A DNA stretch of 59,888 bases, the filler included. It is 7 parts of 7 records of this genome, joined end to end, with 100 filler letters (N's around TTAATTAATTAA, not from the genome) between each part and the next. Parts side by side here need not be neighbours in the genome. Positions count along the whole stretch, not along the records: positions 26,878 to 32,654 come from SRR31156797_35127; positions 32,755 to 40,729 come from SRR31156797_35132; positions 40,830 to 53,515 come from SRR31156797_35150; 4 more parts are not named here. The stretch is one strand, 5' to 3'. A model generated the notes under the pieces. It was not told the origin of the DNA and ran no database searches. It saw nothing but the letters and a program-made list of their open reading frames with translations. The position numbers were made by a program, and so were the translations under genes. Positions within the stretch are counted from its first letter, which is position 1, and the number at the start of each line of letters is the position of its first letter. Shown here one piece after another: positions 32,259 through 41,968 of this stretch.

Positions 32259-32654
32259 ATGAGATTAAAACGCCCGGCAGAGCTTCTGTCATTCTGTCTA
32301 TTAATACTGATCCTGCTCTTCGGATGTAAATCGATCCCGGAAACCTCGGATACCCAGGATCCCGAAACCACGGCTGAAAACCCCCTGGGAAAACCCGACG
32401 TCCCGCCTGTGGAGCAGCCGCCGGAGGAAAATCCCTACCTGAAGGTGGAAGAGTCCCTTCTGGAAGGGGATACTTCAGCCGCCCTGGAGACCCTGGAGGC
32501 CTATATCGAAGAGGCTCCGGAGGATCTTCAGACAAAGGTCATGAAGGCCGCCCTTTTGATGTCTCAGGGAGAGACCGAAGAGGCCCGGGCTCTTCTTGAT
32601 GAGGTGCTTTCCGGAGAGCCGGAGAATGTGGAGGCCCTTTTTCAGCTTTCTATC
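32259..32654 (+). CDS. TPR-repeat lipoprotein (3' truncated)
   Basis: LLFGC lipobox; A.LL..QG...EA..LL..VL..EP.N.EAL. Confidence 0.75.
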
Positions 32655-32754
32655 NNNNNNNNNNNNNNNNNNNNNNNNNNNNNNNNNNNNNNNNNNNNTT
32701 AATTAATTAANNNNNNNNNNNNNNNNNNNNNNNNNNNNNNNNNNNNNNNNNNNN
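32655..32754. other. Artificial contig spacer
   Basis: N-run with TTAATTAATTAA. Confidence 0.99.
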
Positions 32755-32763
32755 ATGGCACGC

Positions 32764-35571
32764 CTAGTTGTAATATACCCTCAGAATTTCTTTTTCTACT
32801 TCCCTCAACTTGAATGGCTTAGCAATTCGTCCCTTGAAACCATACTGCTTGTACTGTGCCATAATCGGGTCGTTTGCGTAACCGCTTATAGCTATAATTC
32901 TTGCCATAGGATCGAATGCCAATATTTCCTGAGCTGTTTCCTTGCCCCCTTTGCCTCCTGGGAGGGTAAGGTCCTGCAGGGTGATATCGTAAGGGACACC
33001 CTGCCTTGACGCCTGCATGTATTTTTGTATACCCATCTCCCCCTCACCAGCCTGATCGACCTTGTGGCCAAAAAGTTGCAGCATCTCTGATAACACCATC
33101 TGGATAATCTCGTCATCGTCTACGATCAATATTTTAAGTGGGGGAAGTGAAACTGTTTCCTCAATGTCCTGATCTTTTCCCATGTGGAGAGTATCTGCAA
33201 TTTTCTCGGCGGGGAGGTAAATGATAAAAGTGGTACCCTTGCCTAATATGGATTCCACAAATATCCTGCCCCGGTGTTTTTCCACTATGGAGTGAACCAT
33301 AGAGAGCCCGAGCCCCTGCCCTGTCTTCTTGGTGCTAAAATAAGGGTCAAAGATACGTGCGACGACATCTTCAGCCATCCCTGTTCCGTGATCCTCGATT
33401 TCCAATCGTACACTTTCTGTGTTGAGCACAGAATCAGCTGCACCTATATTTGCAGTGCGAATTGTCAAAATGCCACCATTCTCCATTGCCTGCTTGGCAT
33501 TGATGACCAGGTTAGTGATAACCTGGGAAATCTGACCATCATCGGCATGGACCGGCCACATATTTTCAGGGATGTCGTATTCGGCTTTTACAGGACTGCC
33601 GCTCAAATTAAACGAAACGACCTCGCTGATCATCTGTTTGAGATCAACCGTTTCAATAACCGGGTCTCCACCTTTGGCAAAAGTGAGCAACTGAGTGGTC
33701 AGGCTCTTGGCACGCTGCAAGGATTCATGTGCCAGCTCAATATAAGGATAGGCTTTATCCCCCTGCCTGAGTTCTTTTTTTGCAAGTTCGATATTGCCAA
33801 ATATCCCAGCCAGGATATTATTAAAATCGTGGGCGATTCCCCCTGCAAGAAAACCAACCGACTCAAGTTTCTGAGCCTTGAAAAGCTCTTCCTCAATGCG
33901 AAGATTTTCGGTTTCATCCCTGAATACGATTACTCTTCCAAGAATTCTGCTCTTATCCCCTGTTAGAGGGGTACTGTTAACGTCAATCTGAAATTCACGA
34001 CCTGAACGCGATACCAGGGTACTTAAACGTTCCCTACGAGTGTCACCATCATCGATATTTACTGCTAACTGGTCTCCAGGTGCCCCAGGATCGCTTGTCT
34101 TCAAAATATCTTTGACATGTTGCCCAACAGCCTCTGACACCGTCCAACCTGTCAGTTGCTCGGCGACTTGGTTCATAAGCAAGATAACACCCTCTGTATC
34201 TGTGGCGATTACCCCATCGCCGATTGAATGAAGAGTGACAAGGAGTCGTTCCCGCTCATTTCTCAACAGTTCCTCAACTTCTGTTTTGTCGTCCAGCATC
34301 TGGTTTGCAGAATCGGCGAGCAGGTCCAATTCCTCATAAATAATTTTCTCCTGGTTAATATGTTCGGAGGATACTGCGGCTTGCTTGAAAACATCGGAAA
34401 AAGCAAGAAAATCATTTTCGACCTTTTTGCTGATTTTTTTAAAAAGCAAAATAATCAGCACCATAGCGACCAGGAAAACCAGACTGATAATGAGAGAACT
34501 TTTTTTCAGCTGGCTCCGTAGTACGGAGCGCATTTTTTCTATTTCTTCATCTACATCATCGAGGTAAACGCCCGCAGCGACCATGAACCGACCATCGGCA
34601 GCAAGCTTAAAGTAACTAGTTTTCGCCCTTGCCTCAGTGATATTGAGCTTATGATACCAATAATCGACATAACATTCGCCGTGATCGCGCAGGCCTTTGA
34701 GGAACTCTCGGCGAAACATCTTCCCTTTCGCATCACGGTAGTCATCTGAGAGCAGTTTGCCTGTATCGTTAGGACGGTTGGGATTGGCATACACTCTGGC
34801 AAAAGCATTGCCGCCCTTAATATCAAGGATTTCGTTTATAAAAACATACCCCTGATTGTTGGGGCCAAATCGATTTTTGGTAACATGATCGGCAATAATT
34901 TGCTGAAGGGTCGCTTCAATCTTATCAAGGTAAACTCCGGCTCCAATATACCATCCAAACGGTTCGAAACATTTGACAAAAGATATTTTTTCATATCCAC
35001 TGCCGGTTTCTTTTGGCTTTGTCCAATTGTAGGTGTAGTACCCTTCTCCTTGAGTTTGGGCTATATTAATCATATCCCTGACGACATATCTTCCACGCGC
35101 GTCCTGGAAATCGAGAAGACTTGTTCCCTCACGCTCATGGGTATCGGCAATCAATCGAGCAAACCCTTTAAAGTCACAAATGAAATAGTAGCCCTCTTCG
35201 TTATCAAACCGAATTGGCCGTAAAGCCTCTATGATAATACTTTGTATTTCCTTCTCCTCTACTTTACCTTTAAGCTGATTATATATTGAGTGGGCAACCA
35301 TATAGGCCTCGTTGACCCTATACTTGGTATTTTCTTTTGCTTGGGAGAAGTGGCCACTAACGGCATCATCTATAACATTGACAGCACGTTCAACCTGATC
35401 CTTGATCATGCGACGTTGATAGCCAATGAATTCCTGACGCATTTCACCTTCTCTCGCCTCACTCTCCCTGATGGTTTTCACAGCGTGAATTGTGATCAGA
35501 AGAACCGCCAAAGCTATAAAGGTAAGAATAATGGTGGTGCGAATGATATTAATTAATGAAGGTTTTCTCAT
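32764..35571 (-). CDS. Hybrid sensor histidine kinase (tandem Cache, PAS, HisKA/HATPase, REC)
   Basis: AGGIAHDFNN, NLVINAKQAM, DHGTGM, FDPYFSTK..GQGLGL, IVDDD...QDLTLP...KPF. Confidence 0.93.
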   Translation of the reverse strand: MRKPSLINIIRTTIILTFIALAVLLITIHAVKTIRESEAREGEMRQEFIGYQRRMIKDQVERAVNVIDDAVSGHFSQAKENTKYRVNEAYMVAHSIYNQLKGKVEEKEIQSIIIEALRPIRFDNEEGYYFICDFKGFARLIADTHEREGTSLLDFQDARGRYVVRDMINIAQTQGEGYYTYNWTKPKETGSGYEKISFVKCFEPFGWYIGAGVYLDKIEATLQQIIADHVTKNRFGPNNQGYVFINEILDIKGGNAFARVYANPNRPNDTGKLLSDDYRDAKGKMFRREFLKGLRDHGECYVDYWYHKLNITEARAKTSYFKLAADGRFMVAAGVYLDDVDEEIEKMRSVLRSQLKKSSLIISLVFLVAMVLIILLFKKISKKVENDFLAFSDVFKQAAVSSEHINQEKIIYEELDLLADSANQMLDDKTEVEELLRNERERLLVTLHSIGDGVIATDTEGVILLMNQVAEQLTGWTVSEAVGQHVKDILKTSDPGAPGDQLAVNIDDGDTRRERLSTLVSRSGREFQIDVNSTPLTGDKSRILGRVIVFRDETENLRIEEELFKAQKLESVGFLAGGIAHDFNNILAGIFGNIELAKKELRQGDKAYPYIELAHESLQRAKSLTTQLLTFAKGGDPVIETVDLKQMISEVVSFNLSGSPVKAEYDIPENMWPVHADDGQISQVITNLVINAKQAMENGGILTIRTANIGAADSVLNTESVRLEIEDHGTGMAEDVVARIFDPYFSTKKTGQGLGLSMVHSIVEKHRGRIFVESILGKGTTFIIYLPAEKIADTLHMGKDQDIEETVSLPPLKILIVDDDEIIQMVLSEMLQLFGHKVDQAGEGEMGIQKYMQASRQGVPYDITLQDLTLPGGKGGKETAQEILAFDPMARIIAISGYANDPIMAQYKQYGFKGRIAKPFKLREVEKEILRVYYN

Positions 35572-35695
35572 GCATTTTGCACCGTAGGAGTCCTCTGTTA
35601 AACGTTATTATGAACATACATTCTATAGACGTGGAAAAAATCAATTATAACTATTCACCGAATGAGATTTTCTCTTACCTAACCTCGACCTGTAA

Positions 35696-35745
35696 CTGTT
35701 CAGCAGTGCTCCAGGTGCGTACAAGCAGGCTGGATAGCCATAGTA
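35696..35745 (+). repeat. Copy A of ~50-bp imperfect direct repeat
   Basis: 41/50 identical to 38457-38506 by manual alignment. Confidence 0.75.
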
Positions 35746-35994
35746 GAAATGATGATTGTTATGAAGCTAAGCCGTACATAGAGTATGAAAAGTGGCATAA
35801 GAAATGTCAAGACAGCAGAGATCGAAATATTTACGTTGCCATCAAAATTCTTTTCACAATATTTTTGCGGCCCATCCCCTTATTATGAATGCCGCCTCCG
35901 AAATCCGCTTGCAGAGTTATGCCGATGCAATATCATCCTATGCGCAGAGTCAAAAAAATCCACTTCTTTGTAGATTACCACAGATGAAAGGTTA

Positions 35995-37443
35995 ATGAAC
36001 AAGCTGTTGAGCCAGGCCAGGATAAATAAAGATAAAAACTTTGACGGCAAGTTCTTTTTTGCTGTCAAGACGACGGGAATCTTCTGTCGCCCTTCCTGTC
36101 CAGCACCCATCGCCAAAGAAGAAAACGTATGTTACTTCACCACACTCTTTGCAGCCCTTGAACAGGGGTTCAAGCCCTGTCGCAGATGCAGACCAGATAT
36201 TTCCACAGAGTATTACAACAGAAATCCACTAGGGAGCAAGCTTGTACAATCCGCACTTCATTTGATGTATGAAGGATACCTTCATCACCATTCCATTGCT
36301 GAGTTGGCAAATTCCCTCTCCATCTCGGAAAGACATTTGCGCAAACTCTTTGTCGATAACCTCGGATCAACCCCAGCAAAAATATCCAGGTATAACAAGG
36401 CTCTTTTTGCAAAAAAGTTACTCCTCTACTCAAACCACCCCATAACTGATATTGCCTTTGCCTCGGGTTTTAGTTCAGTGAGACAGTTTAACGAGGTGAT
36501 TAAAAAGACGTTCGGCACAACGCCCACAACCATTCGACGCGAATCTTCAACTGAAAAAAAGGACAGCGGGGCTACGCTTTTATACCTCAACTACCAAAAA
36601 CCGTTTGACTTCCACCACCTCCTTTCTTTTCTCAGCCCCAGATCCATCCAGGGGGTAGAAGTTATAACAGAAGAAAGTTACAGCAGAACATTTCGCACAG
36701 AACACGCAGAAGGCTTTTTTACGGTTACCGATGCCCCTAAAAAGTCATGCCTCAAGTTGAGTATCGACTGCAACGATCCAAGATGCTATATGGCCATTTA
36801 CAACAAGGTGCGCAGGATGTTTGACCTGGACACAGACTTTTCAGCCATTAATGCTCTTTTCAGCTCTGACCAATTACTTTGTAGAGGTATGGTAAATGGG
36901 CATGTTCCCCGCCTACCTGTTGCTTTTGACCCCTTTGAATTCGTTATCCGTGCCATATTGGGTCAGCAAATTTCAGTAAAGGCAGCAACAACCCTTGCTG
37001 GAAGGATTGCACAGAAAGCAAGAAAAGAAACACCCGCAGAATTTCCTGCCGGCCTGGACTATTTCTTCCCAAATCCGGAGGAATTGCTAGCCATTGATCT
37101 CGGCTCAATTGGAATCACGCAAACCAGACAGGAAACACTCAAAAGAGTAACCCAGGCTGTAATAGATGGTTTTGTTCGGTTGACAAAAAATCAGTCAGCT
37201 GAAGATTTCCACCGCGAATTTTCCGCCCTAAAAGGAATTGGAGACTGGACAGTGAGCTATGTGGCCATGCGGGGGCTTGGAATGATCGACAGTTTTCCTT
37301 ACAGCGATCTAGGCGTCATTAAAGCGTTGACGAACAACGCAAAAGCTCCCACCAAAAAAGAAATACTCTCTATAGCCGAGCAGTGGATACCCTACAGAAC
37401 CTATGCCACCCTTTGTCTCTGGAACCGGGGACAGGAGAAATAA
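35995..37443 (+). CDS. alkA: Ada(N)-AraC-AlkA fusion: methylphosphotriester sensor / 3-methyladenine DNA glycosylase
   Basis: IFCRPSC and PCRRC Zn ligands, AraC HTH, AILGQQIS, HhH KGIGDWT...D..P..D. Confidence 0.93.
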   Translation: MNKLLSQARINKDKNFDGKFFFAVKTTGIFCRPSCPAPIAKEENVCYFTTLFAALEQGFKPCRRCRPDISTEYYNRNPLGSKLVQSALHLMYEGYLHHHSIAELANSLSISERHLRKLFVDNLGSTPAKISRYNKALFAKKLLLYSNHPITDIAFASGFSSVRQFNEVIKKTFGTTPTTIRRESSTEKKDSGATLLYLNYQKPFDFHHLLSFLSPRSIQGVEVITEESYSRTFRTEHAEGFFTVTDAPKKSCLKLSIDCNDPRCYMAIYNKVRRMFDLDTDFSAINALFSSDQLLCRGMVNGHVPRLPVAFDPFEFVIRAILGQQISVKAATTLAGRIAQKARKETPAEFPAGLDYFFPNPEELLAIDLGSIGITQTRQETLKRVTQAVIDGFVRLTKNQSAEDFHREFSALKGIGDWTVSYVAMRGLGMIDSFPYSDLGVIKALTNNAKAPTKKEILSIAEQWIPYRTYATLCLWNRGQEK

Positions 37444-37447
37444 ACCG

Positions 37448-37930
37448 ATGACGTTTTACACCACATTCGACACCCCATTTTGCCAAATCATACTTGTGGG
37501 GACAAAAGAAGGTATATCCGGATTACATCTGGATACAGGAGAAGGGAAAAGAAAATTTTCGATTGATGATGATTGGATTCAAAATGAAACTGTCTTTGTC
37601 AATGCAAAGAAAAAGATTGAAGCCTACTGCACAGGTGACAAACAACAATTTTCCATCCCTCTCCAGTTGGCTGGAACCGATTTCCAAAAAAGTGTCTGGA
37701 ACGCCCTTCAAGATATTCCTTTCGGCGAGGTACGAACCTATGGAGAGATTGCTGCAGCTATCGGCAACAAAAAAGCAAGTAGAGCGGTAGGTATGGCAAA
37801 CAGCAAAAACCCGATTCCCCTGATCATCCCTTGTCACCGGGTTATTGGAGCGAACGGGTCGCTCACCGGTTTTGCCCACGGACTATCCATAAAACACAAA
37901 CTTTTGGAATTCGAGAGGCAACACCAATGA
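37448..37930 (+). CDS. ogt: Methylated-DNA-protein cysteine methyltransferase
   Basis: GTDFQ..VW..L..IPFGE..TYG, PCHRV active site; ATG 37448. Confidence 0.95.
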   Translation: MTFYTTFDTPFCQIILVGTKEGISGLHLDTGEGKRKFSIDDDWIQNETVFVNAKKKIEAYCTGDKQQFSIPLQLAGTDFQKSVWNALQDIPFGEVRTYGEIAAAIGNKKASRAVGMANSKNPIPLIIPCHRVIGANGSLTGFAHGLSIKHKLLEFERQHQ

Positions 37931-37960
37931 CAGTAAGGATAAAATTCATTCCCTGCGGAC

Positions 37961-38302
37961 ATGCCAAGTCCATTAAAAAACAATTTTAATAACAATATGG
38001 GCAGGCAGCAATTTACAACGCAAGTAATAGAACTTATTCGCGCCATCCCCTATGGATGCGTTTCAACCTATGGTAATATTGCTCGCATGGCAGGCAGCCC
38101 GCAGGCCGCGCGCCAGGTTGCCCGTATACTGCATACATGCTCAAAGGCGGAGCAGCTCCCCTGGCACCGCGTCGTTAACCGGGAAGGTCGGATCTCACTA
38201 AAACCTTTTCAAGGGTATGAAGAGCAGAAAGCGCTGCTTGAAGATGAGGGTGTTGTGTTTGACGAAACCGACAAAATTGACCTTGATAAATTCCAGTGCT
38301 GA
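37961..38302 (+). CDS. Alkyltransferase-like protein (ATL, YbaZ family)
   Basis: PWHRV replaces PCHRV; start could be 37997. Confidence 0.9.
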   Translation: MPSPLKNNFNNNMGRQQFTTQVIELIRAIPYGCVSTYGNIARMAGSPQAARQVARILHTCSKAEQLPWHRVVNREGRISLKPFQGYEEQKALLEDEGVVFDETDKIDLDKFQC

Positions 38303-38456
38303 CACTCCCCGACAATGCCGGGGCACACGTTTTCACAACTTGGTAGAGGGAAGAATACCTCTTTCACTCTCCTGCTGAATGCATGAAACATCCCTTCCTC
38401 AAGAATAAACTCAAGGGACTGTTCTTCACCTCTGCTATAATAATTATGAACAAAAC

Positions 38457-38506
38457 CTGCTCAACAGTGCTCCTGGTGTGCACAAGCACGCTGGATAACT
38501 ATAATA
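38457..38506 (+). repeat. Copy B of ~50-bp imperfect direct repeat
   Basis: Matches 35696-35745; internal GTGCT...AGCAC hairpin. Confidence 0.75.
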
Positions 38507-38664
38507 AAGCTATTTTTTCCTGCCTGATCATACACAGGTAGAGTGCTGCTGAAGGGTTACATGAACAAACATTCGTTTGTTCTCCTGCCATAATTGGCGT
38601 ATACTCATGTTCCGATGTCAGTGGTGCCTTTTTAATGTATTGTGTAAAAATATCCAGGATCGAA

Positions 38665-38692
38665 TTGACACAATAAATTTTTCCCCTATATT
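38665..38692 (+). promoter_or_regulatory. Sigma70 promoter for pheST
   Basis: TTGACA-16 nt-TATATT. Confidence 0.6.
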
Positions 38693-38783
38693 GGGTAGAA
38701 ACATACAAAGGGTATATTTTTTCCTCTTTCTCGTTTACCGTGATGAATGAGGCAAAAAATGCTGAAGGTTGGAAATACTAATC

Positions 38784-38808
38784 GAGGCTCCCCATGGGGA
38801 GCTTTTTT
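38784..38808 (+). terminator. Intrinsic terminator within the pheS leader (attenuator candidate)
   Basis: GCTCCC-catg-GGGAGC followed by TTTTTT, about 40 nt before pheS ATG. Confidence 0.7.
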
Positions 38809-38849
38809 GTGTCCGTCGTGTCAAATGATAGATGGTGATGAGGTAGAGC

Positions 38850-39893
38850 ATGCTGGAAAAGCTGGAAGAGTTACAAAAAGAATTCCGTGAGTCGGTGGAA
38901 ACGTTGGCGGACAAAAATAGTCTGGCCGATTTCAAGGCCGATTATTTGGGAAAAAAAGGTAAATTAAATGACATCCTCAAGGGGATGCGTAATGCTTCTG
39001 CAGATGTGCGGAAGACAGTGGGTGCAAAGGCCAATGAATTTAAGCAGGAGATCCAGGACAGTCTCTCGGTACAACTGCTGAAGATTGAAAAGGCTGCGAT
39101 AAACTCAAGGCTTGAAAAGAGCTGGCAGGATATCAGTTTTACCAACCGCGTTAAGGCCAAGGGACTCACTGCAGCAGGATATCATCCCGTTACCATAATC
39201 CAGCGAGAGATTGAGGATATCTTTATCTCCATGGGATTTGATATTCTGGACGGCCCTCATATCGAGGACGACTTTCACAACTTTGAAGCGCTTAATATCC
39301 CCGATACCCATCCGGCCAGAGACATGCAGGACACCTTCTGGTTTGCCGATATGAAGCATCTCCTGCGGACCCACACCTCTACTATCCAGGTAAGGGGAAT
39401 GGAGGCCAATGATCCTCCGTTTAAATTTATTGGCCCTGGCAAGGTTTTTCGCTGTGAGGCCACTGACGCAAGTCATGAAATGGCGTTCCATCAGCTGGAA
39501 GGGATGATGGTGGGCAAGGATATCTCTGTCGCAAACCTGATCTATTTTATGAAGGCCCTCCTATCTGAAATTTTCCGTCAGGATGTAAATGTTCGGCTGC
39601 GTCCCGGTTTCTTTCCTTTTGTGGAACCTGGATTTGAGCTCGATATCGAATGTCTTATCTGTGCAGGTAAAGGGTGCTCAGTCTGCAAGCAAACCGGTTG
39701 GGTGGAACTGCTTCCCTGCGGTATGATTCATCCAAATGTATTAAGAGCTGGCGGCATTGACCCTGAAAAATGGAACGGCTTTGCTTTTGGACTAGGCCTC
39801 GACCGGCTTGTTATGATGCGTTATCACATAGATGATATTCGCCATCTGCATGGTGCAGATTTACGTTTTGCAGAACAGTTCAAGTCCTATTGA
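38850..39893 (+). CDS. pheS: Phenylalanine-tRNA ligase alpha subunit
   Basis: HPARDMQDTF, LLRTHTS, FHQLEG, FPFVEP, GFAFGLGLDRL. Confidence 0.98.
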   Translation: MLEKLEELQKEFRESVETLADKNSLADFKADYLGKKGKLNDILKGMRNASADVRKTVGAKANEFKQEIQDSLSVQLLKIEKAAINSRLEKSWQDISFTNRVKAKGLTAAGYHPVTIIQREIEDIFISMGFDILDGPHIEDDFHNFEALNIPDTHPARDMQDTFWFADMKHLLRTHTSTIQVRGMEANDPPFKFIGPGKVFRCEATDASHEMAFHQLEGMMVGKDISVANLIYFMKALLSEIFRQDVNVRLRPGFFPFVEPGFELDIECLICAGKGCSVCKQTGWVELLPCGMIHPNVLRAGGIDPEKWNGFAFGLGLDRLVMMRYHIDDIRHLHGADLRFAEQFKSY

Positions 39894-39911
39894 GAGCAGA
39901 GGAGATTATCA

Positions 39912-40729
39912 GTGAATATTAGTATTAATTGGATAAAAGATTATGTGGATCTCCCTGAGAATATCACCCCCGAAGAGTTAGGGGTAAAATTTACGCTGGC
40001 CACCTGCGAAGTGGAAGGTGTGGAGACCACTGGTGCTCACCTGGAGCAAATTAAGGTTGTAGAGATCACAACCATAGAGCCGCATCCTGATGCAGACAAA
40101 TTGCGTCTTGTAAGCTTTGACACCGGCGAGGGGGAAGAACGGGTTGTCTGCGGAGCTCCCAACGTTGAGGTAGGCAAAAAAGTACCCTTTGCTTCGGTAG
40201 GGGTAACACTTCCCGGCGGCTTCACTCTCACTCCTAAAAAAATTCGAGGTGTTGAAAGTGCAGGAATGCTTTGTTCAGAAGTTGAACTGGGCTTAAGTGA
40301 GGATCACAGCGGGCTCATGATCCTGCCGGAAGACGCAGCTGTCGGGCAAACCCTTGCCGAGCATCTCGGAGCTACCAGCGATATACTTTTTGATATCGAT
40401 AATAAGTCCATTACCCACCGTCCTGACCTATGGGGACATTATGGTATGGCCCGGGAATTTTCAGCGGTATTCAATAATCCATTGAAAGATTGTTTTAATC
40501 AGCAATGGCAGGATTCTATTCGTAGTTTGTATACTGATGAGGCTGCACCAGTAACCGTCCAGGTGGATTCTGATTCCTCCTGCCTGGGCTATAAAGGCCT
40601 CAGTATGGATAATATTACCATTAAACCCAGTCCTCAATGGATGCAGGACCGGCTTCGTCTCTGCGGTCTACGACCCATCAGCAATATCGTGGACATTTCC
40701 AACTACGTCATGCTGGAACTGGGAATGCC
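39912..40729 (+). CDS. pheT: Phenylalanine-tRNA ligase beta subunit (3' truncated)
   Basis: HPDADKL, VVCGAPNV, RGVES.GMLCS, G.RPISNIVDISNYVMLELG; GTG start with GGAG SD. Confidence 0.97.
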
Positions 40730-40829
40730 NNNNNNNNNNNNNNNNNNNNNNNNNNNNNNNNNNNNNNNNNNNNTTAATTAATTAANNNNNNNNNNNNNNN
40801 NNNNNNNNNNNNNNNNNNNNNNNNNNNNN
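40730..40829. other. Artificial contig spacer
   Basis: N-run with TTAATTAATTAA. Confidence 0.99.
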
Positions 40830-40904
40830 AAGAGATACAAACACCGGGCTTTCTCGATCCCATATGGTAGAAGTGGTATCAGAACGGTGAACAGTGAGGA
40901 ATAG
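40830..40904 (+). CDS. C-terminal fragment of upstream gene (probably head-tail adaptor)
   Basis: Open frame KRYKHRAFSIPYGRSGIRTVNSEE* ending 2 nt before the next ATG; function from position only. Confidence 0.4.
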   Translation, partial: KRYKHRAFSIPYGRSGIRTVNSEE

Positions 40905-40906
40905 GA

Positions 40907-41260
40907 ATGACCATTCACACCATTGGTCTGATCCATGAGTGCACCATAATTTCAAAGACCCAGGCCGGGACAAACGAATACGGTTCACCTGTATATACAG
41001 AAAACAGCACATCATCTACATGTCGTTTTCTGGTTTCCGGTGATCCTGGCAAGATCGATGAACTTGAAAGCGGGAAGCACAGTGTTTCAGAAGTTTCTGT
41101 GATACTGCCTTCTGATGTTGTTGTGGAAGCAGGTGACACCATAAGCAGCACGGTTCCTGGTTATTTCCATTCTTATGTGGTGTTGTCTGCCATACCGATA
41201 ACCCGGCTATTCAACTCTACTGTTCATCATTACGAATGCAAGCTCAAGGCGGTGGAATAA
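40907..41260 (+). CDS. Head-closure / head-tail joining protein (SPP1 gp16-like)
   Basis: 117 aa beta-rich; T.I....G.NEYG.P, V..GD.I, HHYEC.L; position in neck module. Confidence 0.65.
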   Translation: MTIHTIGLIHECTIISKTQAGTNEYGSPVYTENSTSSTCRFLVSGDPGKIDELESGKHSVSEVSVILPSDVVVEAGDTISSTVPGYFHSYVVLSAIPITRLFNSTVHHYECKLKAVE

Positions 41261-41532
41261 TGGAGATCGATCCTGACACTTATGATAAAATAATCGAGAC
41301 CCACAACGATGTCAAGCACGTTCGTGCAGGCATTGACAAGATGAGCTGTCAGCTCGATGACCACGAGAAGAGAATTCGCGTACTTGAGAAGTGCTCCATC
41401 GAGGACCATGAAGAAAGGATCCGTATGCTGGAAGAGCGACAGAACCGCTGGCTGGGAAGGAATGCTTTTGTCGGACTAATGATCGTTGTGATCCTGCAGC
41501 TGGCAGGGATGATTGTCCAGATAATCTGGTGA
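41260..41532 (+). CDS. Small coiled-coil protein with C-terminal TM helix (XhlA/holin-like)
   Basis: DDHEKRIRVLE / EDHEERIRMLE duplication then hydrophobic tail; TAATG overlap start. Confidence 0.6.
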   Translation: MEIDPDTYDKIIETHNDVKHVRAGIDKMSCQLDDHEKRIRVLEKCSIEDHEERIRMLEERQNRWLGRNAFVGLMIVVILQLAGMIVQIIW

Positions 41533-41536
41533 TGTT

Positions 41537-41968
41537 ATGTTCCAGTTCAAGGTTAAAGGAATGGAAAAGCTGCAGAAGAACCTGCAGGAGCTGGGCAAGG
41601 ACATTACCGACGTCTTGGAAGAAGGTATGCTTGCAGGTGGAGATGTCGTTGTAAGAGCTGCCCAGGAGAATTCCAGAAAAGGTGGTGATGATTTCCCACA
41701 CAGGATTACAGGTAACCTGTTCCGCAACCTTGCAGAGGTCAACCCTGTATCTGTTGAAAGGTCGAACGAACGTTGTGAGGTAATGGTCGGCTCCACTATG
41801 AATTATGCAATGCGTCTTGAGAAGGGGTTCAATGATACCGATTCTCTCGGGCGGAGATACCATCAGCAACCACGACCGTTCCTCAGGCCTGCTCTTGATG
41901 AGAACACCGATGAGATTGAAAAGGCGATCAACCTCAAGCTTCAGCAACTTATCAGGAAGTACAAATGA
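41537..41968 (+). CDS. HK97 gp10-like neck protein
   Basis: VKGMEKL.KNL, TGNL, YA..LE.G, QPRPFLRPALDE. Confidence 0.85.
   Translation: MFQFKVKGMEKLQKNLQELGKDITDVLEEGMLAGGDVVVRAAQENSRKGGDDFPHRITGNLFRNLAEVNPVSVERSNERCEVMVGSTMNYAMRLEKGFNDTDSLGRRYHQQPRPFLRPALDENTDEIEKAINLKLQQLIRKYK

Noticed and set aside
35677-35765. Integron attC site (ACCTAAC start) at repeat copy A
   Set aside because: No matching GTTRRRY end, copy B lacks the core, and no integron integrase is present.
35780-35890. Faint Ada-N-like peptide (SRDRNIYVAIK..IFLRP) upstream of ada-alkA
   Set aside because: Short, spacing differs, Zn cysteines absent; cannot be told from chance without an HMM search.
38530-38810. T-box riboswitch before pheS
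   Set aside because: No UGGNACC T-box next to the terminator; GTGGTGCC near 38621 lies upstream of the promoter.
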